In this document: positions 28,705 through 43,437 of the stretch, one piece after another
How positions within the stretch are numbered: the first letter of the stretch is position 1
Layout: each line of letters opens with the position of its first letter
Source: Octopus vulgaris
Taxonomy: Eukaryota
NCBI GenBank assembly: GCA_951406725.2
Contig: OX597828.1
Coordinates: forward strand, 20,522,001 to 20,586,000
Direction of reading: 5' to 3'
DNA: 64,000 nucleotides
Position numbers and translations under genes: made by a program
Notes under the pieces: model-generated
Told to the model about the DNA's origin: nothing
What the model saw: the letters and a program-made list of their open reading frames with translations, nothing else
Databases searched by the model: none

Positions 28705-29817
28705 ATCTAAAAGAAGGCAATTAAACTAATGGCGACATGACAGATGAACAAAAGGCAATCGGGGTAAATTGAACCAAGAAACGAAAAATGTAAATGAAAT
28801 TCTGAAATACATCAGAACAAACAATATCACAGAAACAAATAATTTGATCAAAGCAGCAAGTATTGTTTTAGCAGAAAACGTGGGTGTTGATGTTAAGAAA
28901 AATAAATATAATGGGAGTGACAAAAGAAAAGATCCATGGTGGAAAAGAAGAATCCAGGCAGGATTCCTCTGGAAGGAAATCTCTATGTGAGACCGAAAAG
29001 AGAAAGAGGAGCTTAAAAGCGAACAAAAATACAGGGCGCTGGAAAGGAAGTATAATATTGAAAGAAAGGGCCTGAAAGTAGTAATAGAGGAACTGAAACA
29101 GCGCCTCGGTGCAAAGAAAGCAAAGATGGTAAGATACGATCAAAGAATGAAGGGTTACCACCAGAATAGTTTATTCAGAGTAGATCAGAAGAGATTCTAT
29201 AAAGAAATAAATGGAGAGTGTACAGATGAAAAGTTGATACCAGATAACAGTGAAAGTCAAAGGTTTTGGAGTGACATCTGGAGTAAAGACAAGGAACACA
29301 AGAAGGATGCTGAATGGTTGCAAAATCTGAAACAAACAGTAGTCTGCCCCAAACAAGCAGAACTAGTCATTTCAGTTAGGGAAGTGAAGGAAATCAGCAA
29401 AAAAAATGAGCAACTGGAAGGCCCTGGGACCAGATGGAGTTCAAGGCTACTGGATCAAAAGATGTGGTGAATATCATGCATGAATAGCTGCAAAACTCAA
29501 CATCTTGTTAAATGCCGACTAAGTAACACCAGAGTGGTTGACATTGGGTAGGACAGCGCTGTGCCTGAAAAGGGTAGGACAGCGCTGTGCATCGAAAAAG
29601 GCTATACGGTAGGCAATTACAGACCGATATCCTATTTGCCACTTATGTGGAAGTTATTGACTGGAATACTCGCAGAGTCAATGTACGAACGTCTGCAAAA
29701 AATGGAGTCCTGCCACATGAGCAGAGGGGTTGCAAGCGTAAGTGCATAGGTACCAAGAATCAACTCCTGATAGACAAAATTGTACTTAGAGACTGCAAGG
29801 GGAAGAAAAGTAACTTA
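28705..29817 (+). mobile_element. R4/Dong-like element internal fragment (pre-RT and RT N-terminus)
   Basis: KDPWWKRRI; YHQNSLFRVDQKRFYKEI; RFWSDIWS; NWKALGPDGVQGYWIK; [18 protein letters not shown]; [20 protein letters not shown]. Confidence 0.9.
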
Positions 29818-29852
29818 GCCACGAAAGCAAATGCCTGGTACTGCATCAGGGC

Positions 29853-29918
<66 letters not shown>

Positions 29919-30036
29919 GCACAAATCCTAAAAGAGTAATATCCGGATGCCGAGGAATCTGCCAGAGGCATTAAGTTGAATAATATGGAAAACACCGCGA
30001 GAAACGGAAGACAATTTGAAGAAAGAAGGAAAAAAC

Positions 30037-30325
<289 letters not shown>

Positions 30326-30549
30326 TTCAAGTGGAATCTGAAAAAGTTGATCAGAGATTCGCCAGAGACGAAAATGCCCATCTTCAGCCCTTTCACTCTT
30401 GTCCACACAACCTCTTCGCCATGGCCACCAGGCAGGTGAAAACTACCCGGCCTTCCTGACCAAAGAAAGTGAGAGGAACAGTCTTAACAATAGACACAGT
30501 TGATAGCCGGATTCGGGCGATACGCGACAGCAAGAGCTCGACATAAACC

Positions 30550-30792
30550 CCTGCTTTCCCTCTCTCCCCATCTCCCTCTCCCACACCTGCTCTCCCCCTC
30601 TTCTGCTCTCCCTCTCTCCCTCTCTCCCTGATCAGGAGAGAGGGAGAGCAGGAGAGGGAGATAGGGAGAGCAGGAGAGAGGGAGGGAGGGAGAGAATGAG
30701 AGCTGGAGAGCAAGACATAGGGAGAGCAGGAGTGTGGGAGATCGGGAGATAGGGAGAGCAGGAGAGCGGGAGAGCAGGAGAGAGGGAGAGGG
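30550..30792. repeat. CT-rich/GA-rich minisatellite in inverted arrangement
   Basis: CTCTCCC/CTGCTCTCC units switch to GGGAGAG/GGAGAGCAG at TGATCA (30629-30634). Confidence 0.8.
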
Positions 30793-31764
30793 TCAAGTTG
30801 CTGCAATTGTAACGGGGTACACATGATTTGATACGGGAACATTGAATTTTCCGAACAATAAACATGTTGAGAATTCGCTCAACCACGGCAGAATTAGAAA
30901 CAACAAAAGCATCAGCGCTAAGAGCATTAGTAGCTGTAGAACAAATAAAATTTAAAAGGAAAATGTTTCATTTTGGATCATTTTTCGTCATCGAAATTTC
31001 TGAAACGCATCCAACCCATTACAGTAAACTTCAATAAGTTTTGTTACATTTTTTGAAAGATACGGTTTTGATTCTGTTTATATTTCAACTCAAGATGGCT
31101 TGCATTAAAGATACGATCGCTCAAGGGAAGTGAGCATGAACACAACAACACGGAGAACAAATGAAAACGAAAGAGCAAATTTAATTTAATAAAGACTAGC
31201 TTGCGATTTGTTCACAGAAAAGCAATAAAATGCCAACGTATATATTGAATAAGACTAGTAACAACAACAACGCCCACACACGAGTTTTTTTAATTAAGAA
31301 AGTGTTGCTCCAAGCAACATAGATGACTCTCAGTTATACTTTCACTGGAGAAGTTACCTATAGAGAGTAGCTGAAAATGTGTGGCCTAATAGAAAAAAGA
31401 TCTACGTGGTAAAGATATGTGACAAAGAAAAATACCTCATTGCCTGAGTTCTTCATTCAAGAAGCGTCGAAGAAAGTCGCCTATTTCTATATCTTTACAA
31501 ATACAGCTTATCTCTTGTCCGCAAAGTACCAAATGTAGGTAACCCTGACCTATATGAGGAACGCTATCTCTTCTGTCTGGTTGGGTATGACCTGTGAAAC
31601 TATATACCTGATTTTCTAAACTTGGGAAAGATAAGAAAGTAGACCGAGGTGGTGCATCATACCAGCCTGTAGCTTAGTTCCACAATACATTGAACGAGAA
31701 TATGGCGTTTGACGACTCTAGTGATTCGTCGCAATACATTTACAGTAATTATGTAAATTTATCT

Positions 31765-32067
31765 TTTATCATTTACTTGTTTCGTCGTTGGACTGCGGCC
31801 ATACTGGAGCACTGCCTTCAAGGATTTAGTGGAAGAAATTGACCACACTACTTATTTATGAAGCCTGCTAATTACTCTGCTGGCCACTTTTGCAAAACAG
31901 CTAAGTTACAGGAACGTAAACAAACCAACACCGATTGTCAAGCGTTGATGGGGACGAACACAAAGAAACGATCCTACATATATATACACACACACGCACA
32001 CACACATACATATATACATATATATATATGTGTGTGCATATGTATATATGCATATCTATGTATGTGT

Positions 32068-32140
<73 letters not shown>

Positions 32141-32230
32141 CTTACGACGGATGTTCACACAGTTTCCGTTTACCTAATTTACTCAAGAAATTGGTCGGTC
32201 CAGAGTTATAATAGAATAACACAAGACATT
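31765..32230 (-). mobile_element. SINE family A, diverged copy
   Basis: Family blocks flanking an internal microsatellite. Confidence 0.75.
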
Positions 32231-32329
32231 TGCTCTGATTCTCTGCGCTTTCAGTTCAAATCGCGTTGAAGCTCACTTTCTCTTTTCTCTTTTTATGATC
32301 ATAAAAATTGTACGAATCCTGGACGACGA

Positions 32330-32670
32330 TTTCGCAAAACTGGTAGAAAGCCGTGTATGATGATCCTTTGCGTGGGCTTATCTTTAACGTTGGTGTTCTT
32401 TTCTTAAACTTCTTAATCCATTTTTGCGCATTTTTCATCCCAATGGTGTCGTCTCCTTAAACAAACTATAGCCTTCTATGGATGTCAGACTGCCTACATT
32501 TCTCCTTCGTTAACGACTCAATGATGGCATGTTGCTTATGCTTGGAAGCCAATATTTGCTTGTAACGAAGAAGAGTTACTCCTATCAACATGTACAATTT
32601 GAAAGACCTATCGTACTTCATAAAAAAAGTTACACACACATTTTGTATCAATTTCGAACAGCCCTATCCC
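32330..32670 (-). mobile_element. mariner transposase 5' remnant
   Basis: KQHAIIESLTKEKCRQSDIHRRL..GDDTIGMKNAQKWIKKFK resembles the mariner N-terminal HTH. Confidence 0.65.
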
Positions 32671-32994
32671 GTGGGTGTATGTGTGTGTTTGTATGTGCGT
32701 GTGTGTGTACTTCTGTCTGTAGGTGTGTGGATATATATAGGCGCATGAGTGGCTGTGTGGTAAGAAGCTTGCTTCCCAACCACATGGTTGGCACTTTGGG
32801 CAAGTGTCTTCTACCCGGTGTGTGCGGGTATATAATTTCATGTACATGTATATCTATACGTTTGTGTATATTTGTGTGTGCATGTACATGAATGTAAAAG
32901 TGTAAGAATATATCGTTGAAAGCATGGGTATATACGAGTGTGTTTGTATATGGTATATATACGGATGTGTACATCTTGACCCTTGGTTAATGTC

Positions 32995-33355
<361 letters not shown>

Positions 33356-34197
33356 CATATACATATATATACACGTGTTGCTCTTTATCAACGGAATACT
33401 AAAAATAGAAAATTACTATAAATCAATCGAAGGTGATCCGGTATCGCTCGCAAAACCACACAGCTGATGATCTGCGAGTATACAGCTATTGGTAGATTAT
33501 ATATATATGTGTAACATGTGAAACACTCTGCAACTAAAAGGCTGTAAGTAATGTACAGAAATAATTGGTGGGATTTTGATTAAATCCTGTCCATTTCAGT
33601 CTTCTTGTGTTATAAACGTTTGTACCAATGCTTTTAAGGAGATATTCATACACTTACACTTTCATGTACAATGCACACAAAAATCCCGACATACTGCTTA
33701 AATCGATATCTGAAATATTTAGCAGGTGTGGACAGGTTTCTTTTATCGAATTGGGGGCACCATCCGCTCTGGACTGAGTTATTGCCTCGCAGACTTTGTG
33801 ATGTTTTCTGTTATTTTGTTCTAAACCAGTTGTATTTAATGATCTTTCTGCAATCAGGGAAGGACGAGGATCGTAGCTTCTTCTTTTCTTGTTTCAATTT
33901 TTGCAGCATTATTTCTTATTTTCTTACTGTCTAGCGTCCTTGTTTTTTTTGAAAAATTATATATAACGCATAAGCAGAGCCTGAAAGATTGCTTTAAGAT
34001 ATATGTCATATTATATAAATATACCTGTTCAAGCATCATAATGACATGAAACTATTAGTAATTCTTCCGGTTCTGTATTTAAATTGTTATAAATATATAT
34101 AAATATATATAAGTACACACACACTCTCATATGTATGATTATGTATGTGTGTCTGTATCTATATATGTATATACATACATACATGCATATATATATG

Positions 34198-34239
<42 letters not shown>

Positions 34240-34289
34240 TATTTATATATAAGTATATGTATATATATATGTATGTATGTATGTATATA

Positions 34290-34348
<59 letters not shown>

Positions 34349-34539
34349 ATTATACTATGAAATTCTCAACACGATGTAATTGGGAGGAAATTTGGTCACT
34401 TTATTGCACATAGGAGCTCTTCGTGAATGGTAGTCCTGGTGCTGGTACAGGTGTTGGAGGCAGTATTGGCGACGGTAATGGTTTTCGTAAAAATGTTGGT
34501 GGTGTTAAGAATTATATTACTCATATTCCAGCAGATGTG

Positions 34540-34895
34540 AAGGCGCATGGCTCAGTGGTTAGCGCGTCGAGCTTACGATTGTGAGATCGTGAGATTGCGT
34601 GTTGTGTTCCTGAGCTGACGACCGTGAGATCGTGAGATTGCATGTTGTGTTCTTGAGAAGGACACTTTATTTCATGCTTCTCCAGTTCACTCAACTGAAG
34701 AAATGAGTTGCGACGTCACAGGTGCCAAGCTGTATCGGCGGCCCCTTTGCCTTTCCCTTGGATAACATCGGTAACGTGGAGAGAGTAGCCTGGTGTGCAT
34801 GGACAACTGCTGGTCATCCATAAAACAATCTTGCTTGGATTTCTGTCTTGCAAGGGAACTTTTTCGCTGCAATCCCATGGTCATTCATGAGTGAA
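34540..34895 (+). mobile_element. tRNA-derived SINE family C
   Basis: GGCGCATGGCTCAGTGGTTAG head, TGTGTTCTTGAG..GACACTTT motif, internal ~44-bp duplication; second copy at 45305-45645. Confidence 0.85.
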
Positions 34896-35123
34896 GAGTG
34901 AGGTGGGGAGATATCTATATATAGCGCATATATAGTCACACACACACACATACACATATATGTTAAAATCATAATATTTACTGCAGAACTATTCTGAGTA
35001 AGCACATAGTTGAAATAGGCGCTAGGATTTTAATTCGTGAATACGTGCGAAATGCATGTATATTATTCACGCTTATGGCGGTATGTATAACGTATTTTTC
35101 ATTTATTTACATCCGGTATATTT

Positions 35124-35180
35124 CCACTGATGATCGGAAAGGGTTCTTAATAACTCATATCGTGAAATCTATACATATGG
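35124..35180 (+). ncRNA. degenerate type I hammerhead motif
   Basis: CCA-CTGATGA-TCGGAAAGGGTT..AACTCATATCGT-GAAA-TCTATACA-TA-TGG; stems II and III partly broken. Confidence 0.4.
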
Positions 35181-35735
35181 TGCTATTCAAATTGTCTATT
35201 TTCCTGGCTTACAACCATGGGTAGTGGAATAATAATCTGAGTGGTTCATAGACCATTTGGGGTCTATTTCTAACAGACTGGCGTTGTAATCAATCAACAC
35301 TCTTATTATAATTTTAATATAAATTAACCATTATGGTATTTTTAGTATGCTGGCCACTGATAAATCATTATTTCCCATACAACAGTCGTTGTTCTTGCAG
35401 TTCTTGTTGATTTTATTTTACCTCAATACCAGCTATATCCATTTAAAAGTACTTCTAAAGTAACCAAGCCATCATGTTTGGTACGCAGCTGCTATTTCTA
35501 GCATAGTAAGAAACGACGTTCGGTTTCACCCCTTTAGCACTTGACAAATCGTTATTGGAAACAATGTCTTTATGTTCTGTGACTCAATTCTCATTTATAG
35601 TTAATAAACATCTTAAATTTAAATATCTTTGTTAAATTATCTTTAAAATAACATTTTCATTTATATTATGTGTGTTCTTGTAAATTTGCATTGAGGCTTA
35701 TAATATAATATGTATATGTGTGTGCGTATATATGC

Positions 35736-35796
<61 letters not shown>

Positions 35797-36356
35797 TATA
35801 CATATATATATGTATACATATATATGTGCTTATATATTTATGCATACATGCATGCACATACACACAGGCACAAACACACATATGCATATATATATAAGCG
35901 TATATATACATGACTTGATATACGTAGCTATATATATCAATATATAAATGCATGTATACATGTATATACAAATACAAATATATTTGATTACATAGATATA
36001 TGTATATATATCTATGCATAACTATACACAAGTGTGTACACACATATACATATTTATATATACAGTATGTGCCTATATTTATATATATATTTATATATAT
36101 ATAGTATATATATATATAGTATATATTTATATATATAGTATGTATATATTACATATTTGTGTATATATAAGTATGTACGTATGTATGCATACATGCACAT
36201 ATAAATACTGTACGTTTATTATAGATTTAACAATGAAAAAAGTCAAGAATGTCTTGAAGGAGATAAATATGGAAATTAAAGAAACAGTAAAATATTGTTC
36301 AGTGAAGAATGCGTCAATGAATTAAAGGCATAATAACAATAACAATAATAATAATG

Positions 36357-36438
<82 letters not shown>

Positions 36439-36600
36439 TAATAATAGCAACAATAATGACAAAAGAAATGGTACAAATGATGATCATAGTATTATAACAA
36501 CAAAAATAATGGTAATAATGATATTAAGGATAATAAGAATAACAATGATCATAATAATGATGATAGTAATATGAATAAATGAAATGATAATAATAAATGA

Positions 36601-36649
<49 letters not shown>

Positions 36650-36793
36650 GACATTAATAAGGGGCATATGATAATATTAATAATAACAATAAGAAGAAGA
36701 AGAAAAAGAAGAAAATTTTAATTATATTATAAGTATAAATACATACACACACATATATATATGCATGTATATATCTATATGTATATATATATC

Positions 36794-36825
<32 letters not shown>

Positions 36826-37866
36826 CATGCGTATATACATACATACGTACGTACGTTCATACATACCTTCTTATATGTATTAATATATACACAGATATGC
36901 ACACAGAATTATGCGTATATATGTGCATATATGCCTGTATGAAAGTAAGTATGTGTGTATGTATGCGCGTATGTGTATGTATACACATGCACACAAATAT
37001 CTATATAAATGCGAGCATATTTAGACATGTGTATATGTATATATATAATTATATATATATGAATATCTATAAATATACATTCACATATATATATATATAT
37101 ACACATATATATATACATGTATGTATGAATATACATTCATAGATACTACATGTATATTATCTTACATAAATACATGTGTGTGTATATACGGGTGTGTTTG
37201 TGTTTGTGGTATTAAATATATAATGTATGTAAAAACTAATTAAAATTTATGAAATATTTGTTAAAGACTGTTAGCTAGCTAAACTTCATGTTGTAATTAT
37301 AAACATTTCCTGTTTAAATGTAATTAAGTAAACATTATACATCTGAGATTAATTATAGAACACCCAACACAGCAGAGAAAATTATTGCTATAACACGTTT
37401 TTATAGTTTATTGCATCAGAAACCAAAGACTTTCTCTAAATACACTTTGAGTAACAGGTGAACTATCACAGTCGTTAGGGGCGTCAGATAGACCATTTTG
37501 TAATGAGTGTAGTTTCGAACGCTTTGTGTTCGAATGCTGCTAAAATCTACCTTACCGTTCGTTTTTCCGAGGTCGATAATCCAAGAACCACCGGTTGATT
37601 TTGCTGCTGGAACATAGCGGGTAAATATACGCTACAGAACGGAAATGTGTATGTATATAAATTAGAGAAGAACCTCCATGTAGCAATTCAGAAATGAAAT
37701 AACAATGATATAATTAAATTATACCATATAGAAAATAATTAAATATACAATAAAGCATACCAATAATTTATATACATATATTATATATTGTGAAATTTTA
37801 TTTAGTATTACTAACTGAACTTTTCCCTGTAAGTTTGGAATAATATTCCCTAATATTGTTATTATC

Positions 37867-37902
<36 letters not shown>

Positions 37903-38113
37903 ACAGGAAACAAAGAACGCAAACAGGTGGAAGAATAATAAGCAGGTGTATTAGTCTGTTGCGCGAAAAGAATGGTAAAGTCTTAGACGCTGCTAACCAA
38001 CGCTCTTCGCCAGAAAGGAATGAAAGGGAGAAAATAGAGAGAGAATGTAATCAATCCGATAGAGAAAAGCTATAGGCATTAAAGGATCAGCATGATGATG
38101 AAGATGATAACGA

Positions 38114-38151
<38 letters not shown>

Positions 38152-38288
38152 TTGCAAGGCACCATCAGACCTCAAGTGACACATCCATGTCCATGGAACA
38201 AAATTAACGCTTTATTTAAATGAATTCTCATGTGTCGTTCACGATAAGAGAATCGATCATCATTTATATGTATATACATTTATATATA

Positions 38289-38362
<74 letters not shown>

Positions 38363-38366
<4 letters not shown>

Positions 38367-38767
38367 ATGTAGATAACATTTGTAATTTTCCCCTTTTTGG
38401 TGAAATATTGCATACCGCTGCTTATATCAATTTTGTATATGCACAGTAGTGAATCGCTAAATCGTCGAGTTATTTGGATGACAAAATCATGAATATTAAT
38501 GGCGAAGCGAGTCCGGAAAGAGCCGAAGTCCAAGCTGAAATAACTGATGAGGCAAGGGAAATTTACGAAACTGACGCGTCAGTATTAAGAATTCTCAATC
38601 GCTTTTCAGACGATTATGGTCTCTGTCAGTGTATATATTTTCACTCATGTGCGTTATCTACAGTATTAGCGCGGTTTAGCTCTTATTTCTAGTAATGTAG
38701 GTGCTTCCTAACATCCTAGTCACATTTAGCGACATTTGTAATTATTTTGGTAAAATATTGCAAACTG

Positions 38768-38770
<3 letters not shown>
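38363..38770 (+). mobile_element. short non-coding element with terminal direct repeats and hammerhead motif (retrozyme or non-autonomous PLE-like)
   Basis: ACATTTGTAATT..TTTTGGT.AAATATTGCA.AC.GCTG at both ends (about 38376-38420 and 38732-38770), (TA)n flanks, hammerhead at 38541-38587. Confidence 0.6.
38541..38587 (+). ncRNA. type I hammerhead ribozyme motif
   Basis: TAA-CTGATGA-GGCAAGGGAAATTTAC-GAAA-CTGACGCGTCAG (12-nt palindrome, stem III)-TA-TTA; GUA cleavage triplet. Confidence 0.62.
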
Positions 38771-38805
<35 letters not shown>

Positions 38806-38819
38806 TCGTTTACTGTTTT

Positions 38820-39205
38820 TACTATTTTACTTGTTTCAGTCATTTGGCTGTGGCCGTGCTGGAGCACTGCCTTTAGTTAAGCAAATCGACCCCAGGACTT
38901 ATTCTTTGTAAGCCTAGTACTTATTCTATCGGTTTCTTTTGCCGAACTGCTGAGTTACGGGGGCACAAACACACCAGCATACAAACATATACACCTACAC
39001 ACAGACACACACACTAATATATATTTATATATATATATATATACATATATACGACGGACTTCTTTCAGTTTCCGTCTACCAAATCCACTCACAAGGCTTT
39101 GATCGGCCCGAGGCTATAGTAGAAGACACTTCCCCAAGGTGCCACGCAGTGGGACTGAAACGTGTGGTTCGTAAGCAAGCTACTTACCACACAGCCACTC
39201 CTACG
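38820..39205 (-). mobile_element. SINE family A, near full length
   Basis: All family blocks present in reverse complement. Confidence 0.88.
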
Positions 39206-39427
39206 CTTAATATATATATATGTGTGTGTTTATATCTATGTATATGCTTACATACACACATACATACATACATACATACATACATACATACATACATACA
39301 TACAAACATACATACATACATATGTATGTATCTGTGTGTGTATGTGTGTATATATATATATATATATATTACGGAGATGTTCTTGCATAGCCAGTGACTT
39401 GATCTCAGATCGTGTGCTGGAGCAAAA

Positions 39428-39643
<216 letters not shown>

Positions 39644-39951
39644 TTATACGTCCTCAAAACCTGCTTTTTACAGTGTTAATACACAAAACACTCACATTCA
39701 ATTTCAGTCCGACACACGTCCTCGGGATGTGTATTTCCCCTTTCTTCTTTATGACGTCTTGAGTATATACTATAATCAAGATCCAAGGTAGTGAATTAAC
39801 TCATCACGTGAAGCTTCGTGATATTGCTTATCTCTTAAACAGTTTTATGGGTTCCCTATGATTCAGTGAGATTAGTCAGAACCTGGATTATATCAGAATA
39901 CCTGCCCAGATTGCAAACTCCTATTCTTTTTCCTTATAAATACATACATAC

Positions 39952-40038
<87 letters not shown>

Positions 40039-40263
40039 ACGCATTATATGTTACTATATATCTGTATGAGTTATTGATACTTAGTGAAACACAAAATGAA
40101 GGATAATTAAATTATTTGATGCATGCATACAAACATACATACAAAAATACAGGCAGACAAACAGACATATAACAAATAAAGTTTGAAGAAAAATACAATA
40201 AACTCAATAAACTTTCCTGCTTAACAAGAACATTGACAAAAATACGCTGTCAAATCTGTACTG

Positions 40264-40310
<47 letters not shown>

Positions 40311-40372
40311 CATATATATATGTTTATATGTATATATGTATATATGTATACATACATACACACACACACACA

Positions 40373-40427
<55 letters not shown>

Positions 40428-40588
40428 TATAAATTAGAAAAAATCACCTTTTATCAATTCAATAATGAAAATTAAATTACGCCATCTAGAAAATTACATA
40501 TTATAGAATGATTAAATATAAGCTAAAACATATAACGATGATTAAGTAATGTGCAAAATAATAAATAAAACGTATATATTTGGTAGAA

Positions 40589-40694
40589 TAACCACACGTG
40601 TTTTGTGGCTATATTCAAGAAATGATTATAGTAAAAATATTAGTAGTAGTAGTAAAAAATTACTTCAATATAAATATAGCCACTCATCAGGTTA
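40589..40694 (-). ncRNA. decayed hammerhead motif with long stem II
   Basis: Minus strand: TAAC-CTGATGA-GTGGCTATAT...ATATAGCCAC-AAAA-CACGTG-TG-GTTA. GAAA is changed to AAAA and GUH to GUG. Confidence 0.55.
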
Positions 40695-41149
40695 AAGATG
40701 ACTACAATAATAAAATAATTAATTAATTGATATACGTAAATAATCTTGTTAAATACAAATATATTCTAATAATATATATAAGTGTAGGTGGTATACGAGT
40801 GAGTATATATTTATAAAAAAGAAGTTTGAAAACACCACTATTGCCATTTCAGCCACTGACCATTAACTCAGTTTTATTCGAACACATAAGACAGCTATGA
40901 TGCTTAATCCCCACAAAAAAAAACGACCACGTGGATTCTGTTGAGACCAGTAAGAAACAATTATGAACTTTTTTTTATTACACTTAACTTTTTTAAATAT
41001 TTTTGATAAGGTTCGTTTTTATCTTATATAGTGGCATTTTCAAACTTCTTTTTTATATCAACGCAGATGACCCATTTATGATCATGATACAGTATCTTAT
41101 CTAAAAACAACTAAATTTCTTCATATTTTTCCTTCAGAGTTGTTGAGTG

Positions 41150-42030
41150 GCCGAGTGAGATAGAAGCATACACATTTCGGTTGTGCAACAATACACATTT
41201 TAAACTACGCTTAGAGCTGTCTATGAAAAACGCCATTCTTCTGGTTTTTATTCCTCAATGCCAAGTTTATTAAAAAACCCACTGACATCTCTGCAGTAAA
41301 CCAGCTCTTCCTCTTTTGTGAAGAAAGAAAAGAACTCTTCATGCCGACTCTGATAAACGGTTATACAGACATCATTCTCGGGGAGATTCTTCTCGTGAAG
41401 CCAACAGCTCTGCAGAATTTCTTGGGAGGTTTAAGTCACTATATCATTCAGCTCTACCTGGGAGAATAGCTGAGGTAAAGTCTCAACTGAAAAGTCTTGA
41501 TCTCAACTGTCATCTTCAGGTGATGAATCTTCTTTGGTTAAGGGTAGAGTTATCTGCGGCAAGACATTGAACACAGGAGCAGCAAGCTCTCCACTGTGTG
41601 GAACTGGTCTAATATCAGAGGCAAGATTAGGATAGACAAGCGTTTGTCGATTTTTCCGGTTAATACCCTTCAAATTTAGGTTACAAAAATAGCAGTCGTC
41701 CACGTGGTTATAGGGTTCAACAACTTAAAAACTAGATCCGATAGATCAAAAAGAAGGTTATATTTGGATTCATGAGACTGATTTTGAATAGGAACGATGT
41801 CTATTTCCTAAACACAAAACATCTTGTAGACCAAATCTTATCGCTGAACGAAACAAAGTGCTGTCAGTATCTTTCCTTGAAGGCATTTCCAGTCGTTCGG
41901 GCAAGTTCTTGTAGTCTCTTCTCTGTCAATGATGTCGATCTGGTAAAACTTCTTTTTCTAGGCACAAATAATTCAGTAGATAACATGCATAATTATATAT
42001 ACTGAAATATAAGCAAACCCTTCATGTTGG
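41150..42030 (-). mobile_element. DNA transposase remnant, probably Chapaev3-like (CMC superfamily)
   Basis: DDCYFCNLNLKGINRKNRQTLVYPNLASDIRPVPHS; PQLFSQVELND; LVYCRDVSGFFNKLGI..PEEWR..IDSSKRSLKCVLLHN. Family assignment is from recalled motifs. Confidence 0.6.
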
Positions 42031-42386
42031 TGAAATATTAGAATGTAAAAACTTCATTCTGTTTTTTTTTTTAATGGGCGAAAGTGATGGAGTCTCTAGA
42101 TTGAGAGTTTCACGGCTTTTTGTCGTTCCTCATATAAAATGCAATTGCTTTCCTCAGACAATAGAATGGTGTATTGATCTGATGTGTAAATTAGTCTTAG
42201 CAACGCAGTAGAAAGTGTAATTTGCATGTTTTTGATTTCATTAATTAAGCAATACATATTTTATGCGCAATATCTTGACTAAGTGAAAATTAAATAAATT
42301 TCAATATTGCAAATCATTGCTGTTGGGTGTTTCCAAGTTTATTTTACCTACAGCATAAATCGCTCTGCGCATGTGTGTGCGCGCGC

Positions 42387-42427
<41 letters not shown>

Positions 42428-42562
42428 TATATACATGTATATATATGCATGTATATACATGTATATATATATATATACATACATATATACATATATATAT
42501 ACATGTATATATATGCATGTATATACATGTATATATATATATATACATACATATATATGCAC

Positions 42563-42652
<90 letters not shown>

Positions 42653-42779
42653 GAGCGACAAAGGCAGTATCAATACCAAAAGGTAAAATATTCACCACTT
42701 AAAAGTGATTGCTGTGTCAGAAGACATAAATACTGCGATATATACCACGAGAGAAAACTCTCATATGGTTATATATATG

Positions 42780-42812
<33 letters not shown>

Positions 42813-43375
42813 ATGTGTGTGTATACATACATACATGCATATACATATATATTTGTAAATGTAATATGTGACAGTTATTCGGTAGCCATGATAAAGCTTC
42901 GAGTTTCGGATGCCGAGGTGGATATTCACGCTGCCATCACTTCAGTTATTTGGCCATCGGAAAAATGCTATGAAAAATGACCGTTATGCAAAGGGAAATT
43001 ACTGTGTGACTAACCGTTATTAAGACAAAAGAGCTATTTGAATGACCGCTGAGGGGAGGGAGTAAAAGTAATAGTATTCGCGTAAGCGCGCATGTATCAT
43101 TTCTATCAATATATATATATATATATATACAATTTAAAAATAGGATAAAATCTATAAAGAATTTATCAAGTAGTTAGCGTGAAAAAACCTCATAAGAGAA
43201 AAATCCATCAATTTTTTCCTTAAATAAAATTTATTTATATCGAGGGCATTACTATACATTAATGCCACACGCTAGGAGGGACTCTTAAAGTCAAAACTAC
43301 CAAAATAAATAAACACATAGTATCGAATACGATGGAATGCAACTATCGAAGCGAGTCCTTTAATAACAGAATTCA

Positions 43376-43437
43376 GCTGCATATCACATGATTTCATAAT
43401 TAGTGCACAAATGCACTTTTTAATCCTCAGTGCAAGC
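43376..43437 (-). ncRNA. type I hammerhead ribozyme motif
   Basis: Minus strand: GCTTGCA-CTGAGGA-TTAAAAAGTGCA TTTG TGCACTAATTAT-GAAA-TCATGTGA-TA-TGCAGC. Stem I TGCA/TGCA, stem III TCA/TGA, AUA triplet. Confidence 0.62.

Noticed and set aside
33432-33487. Possible relic hammerhead on the minus strand (CTCGCA/TGCGAG stem, GATA-CCGGA-TC)
   Set aside because: Both core segments are mutated; too decayed to call.
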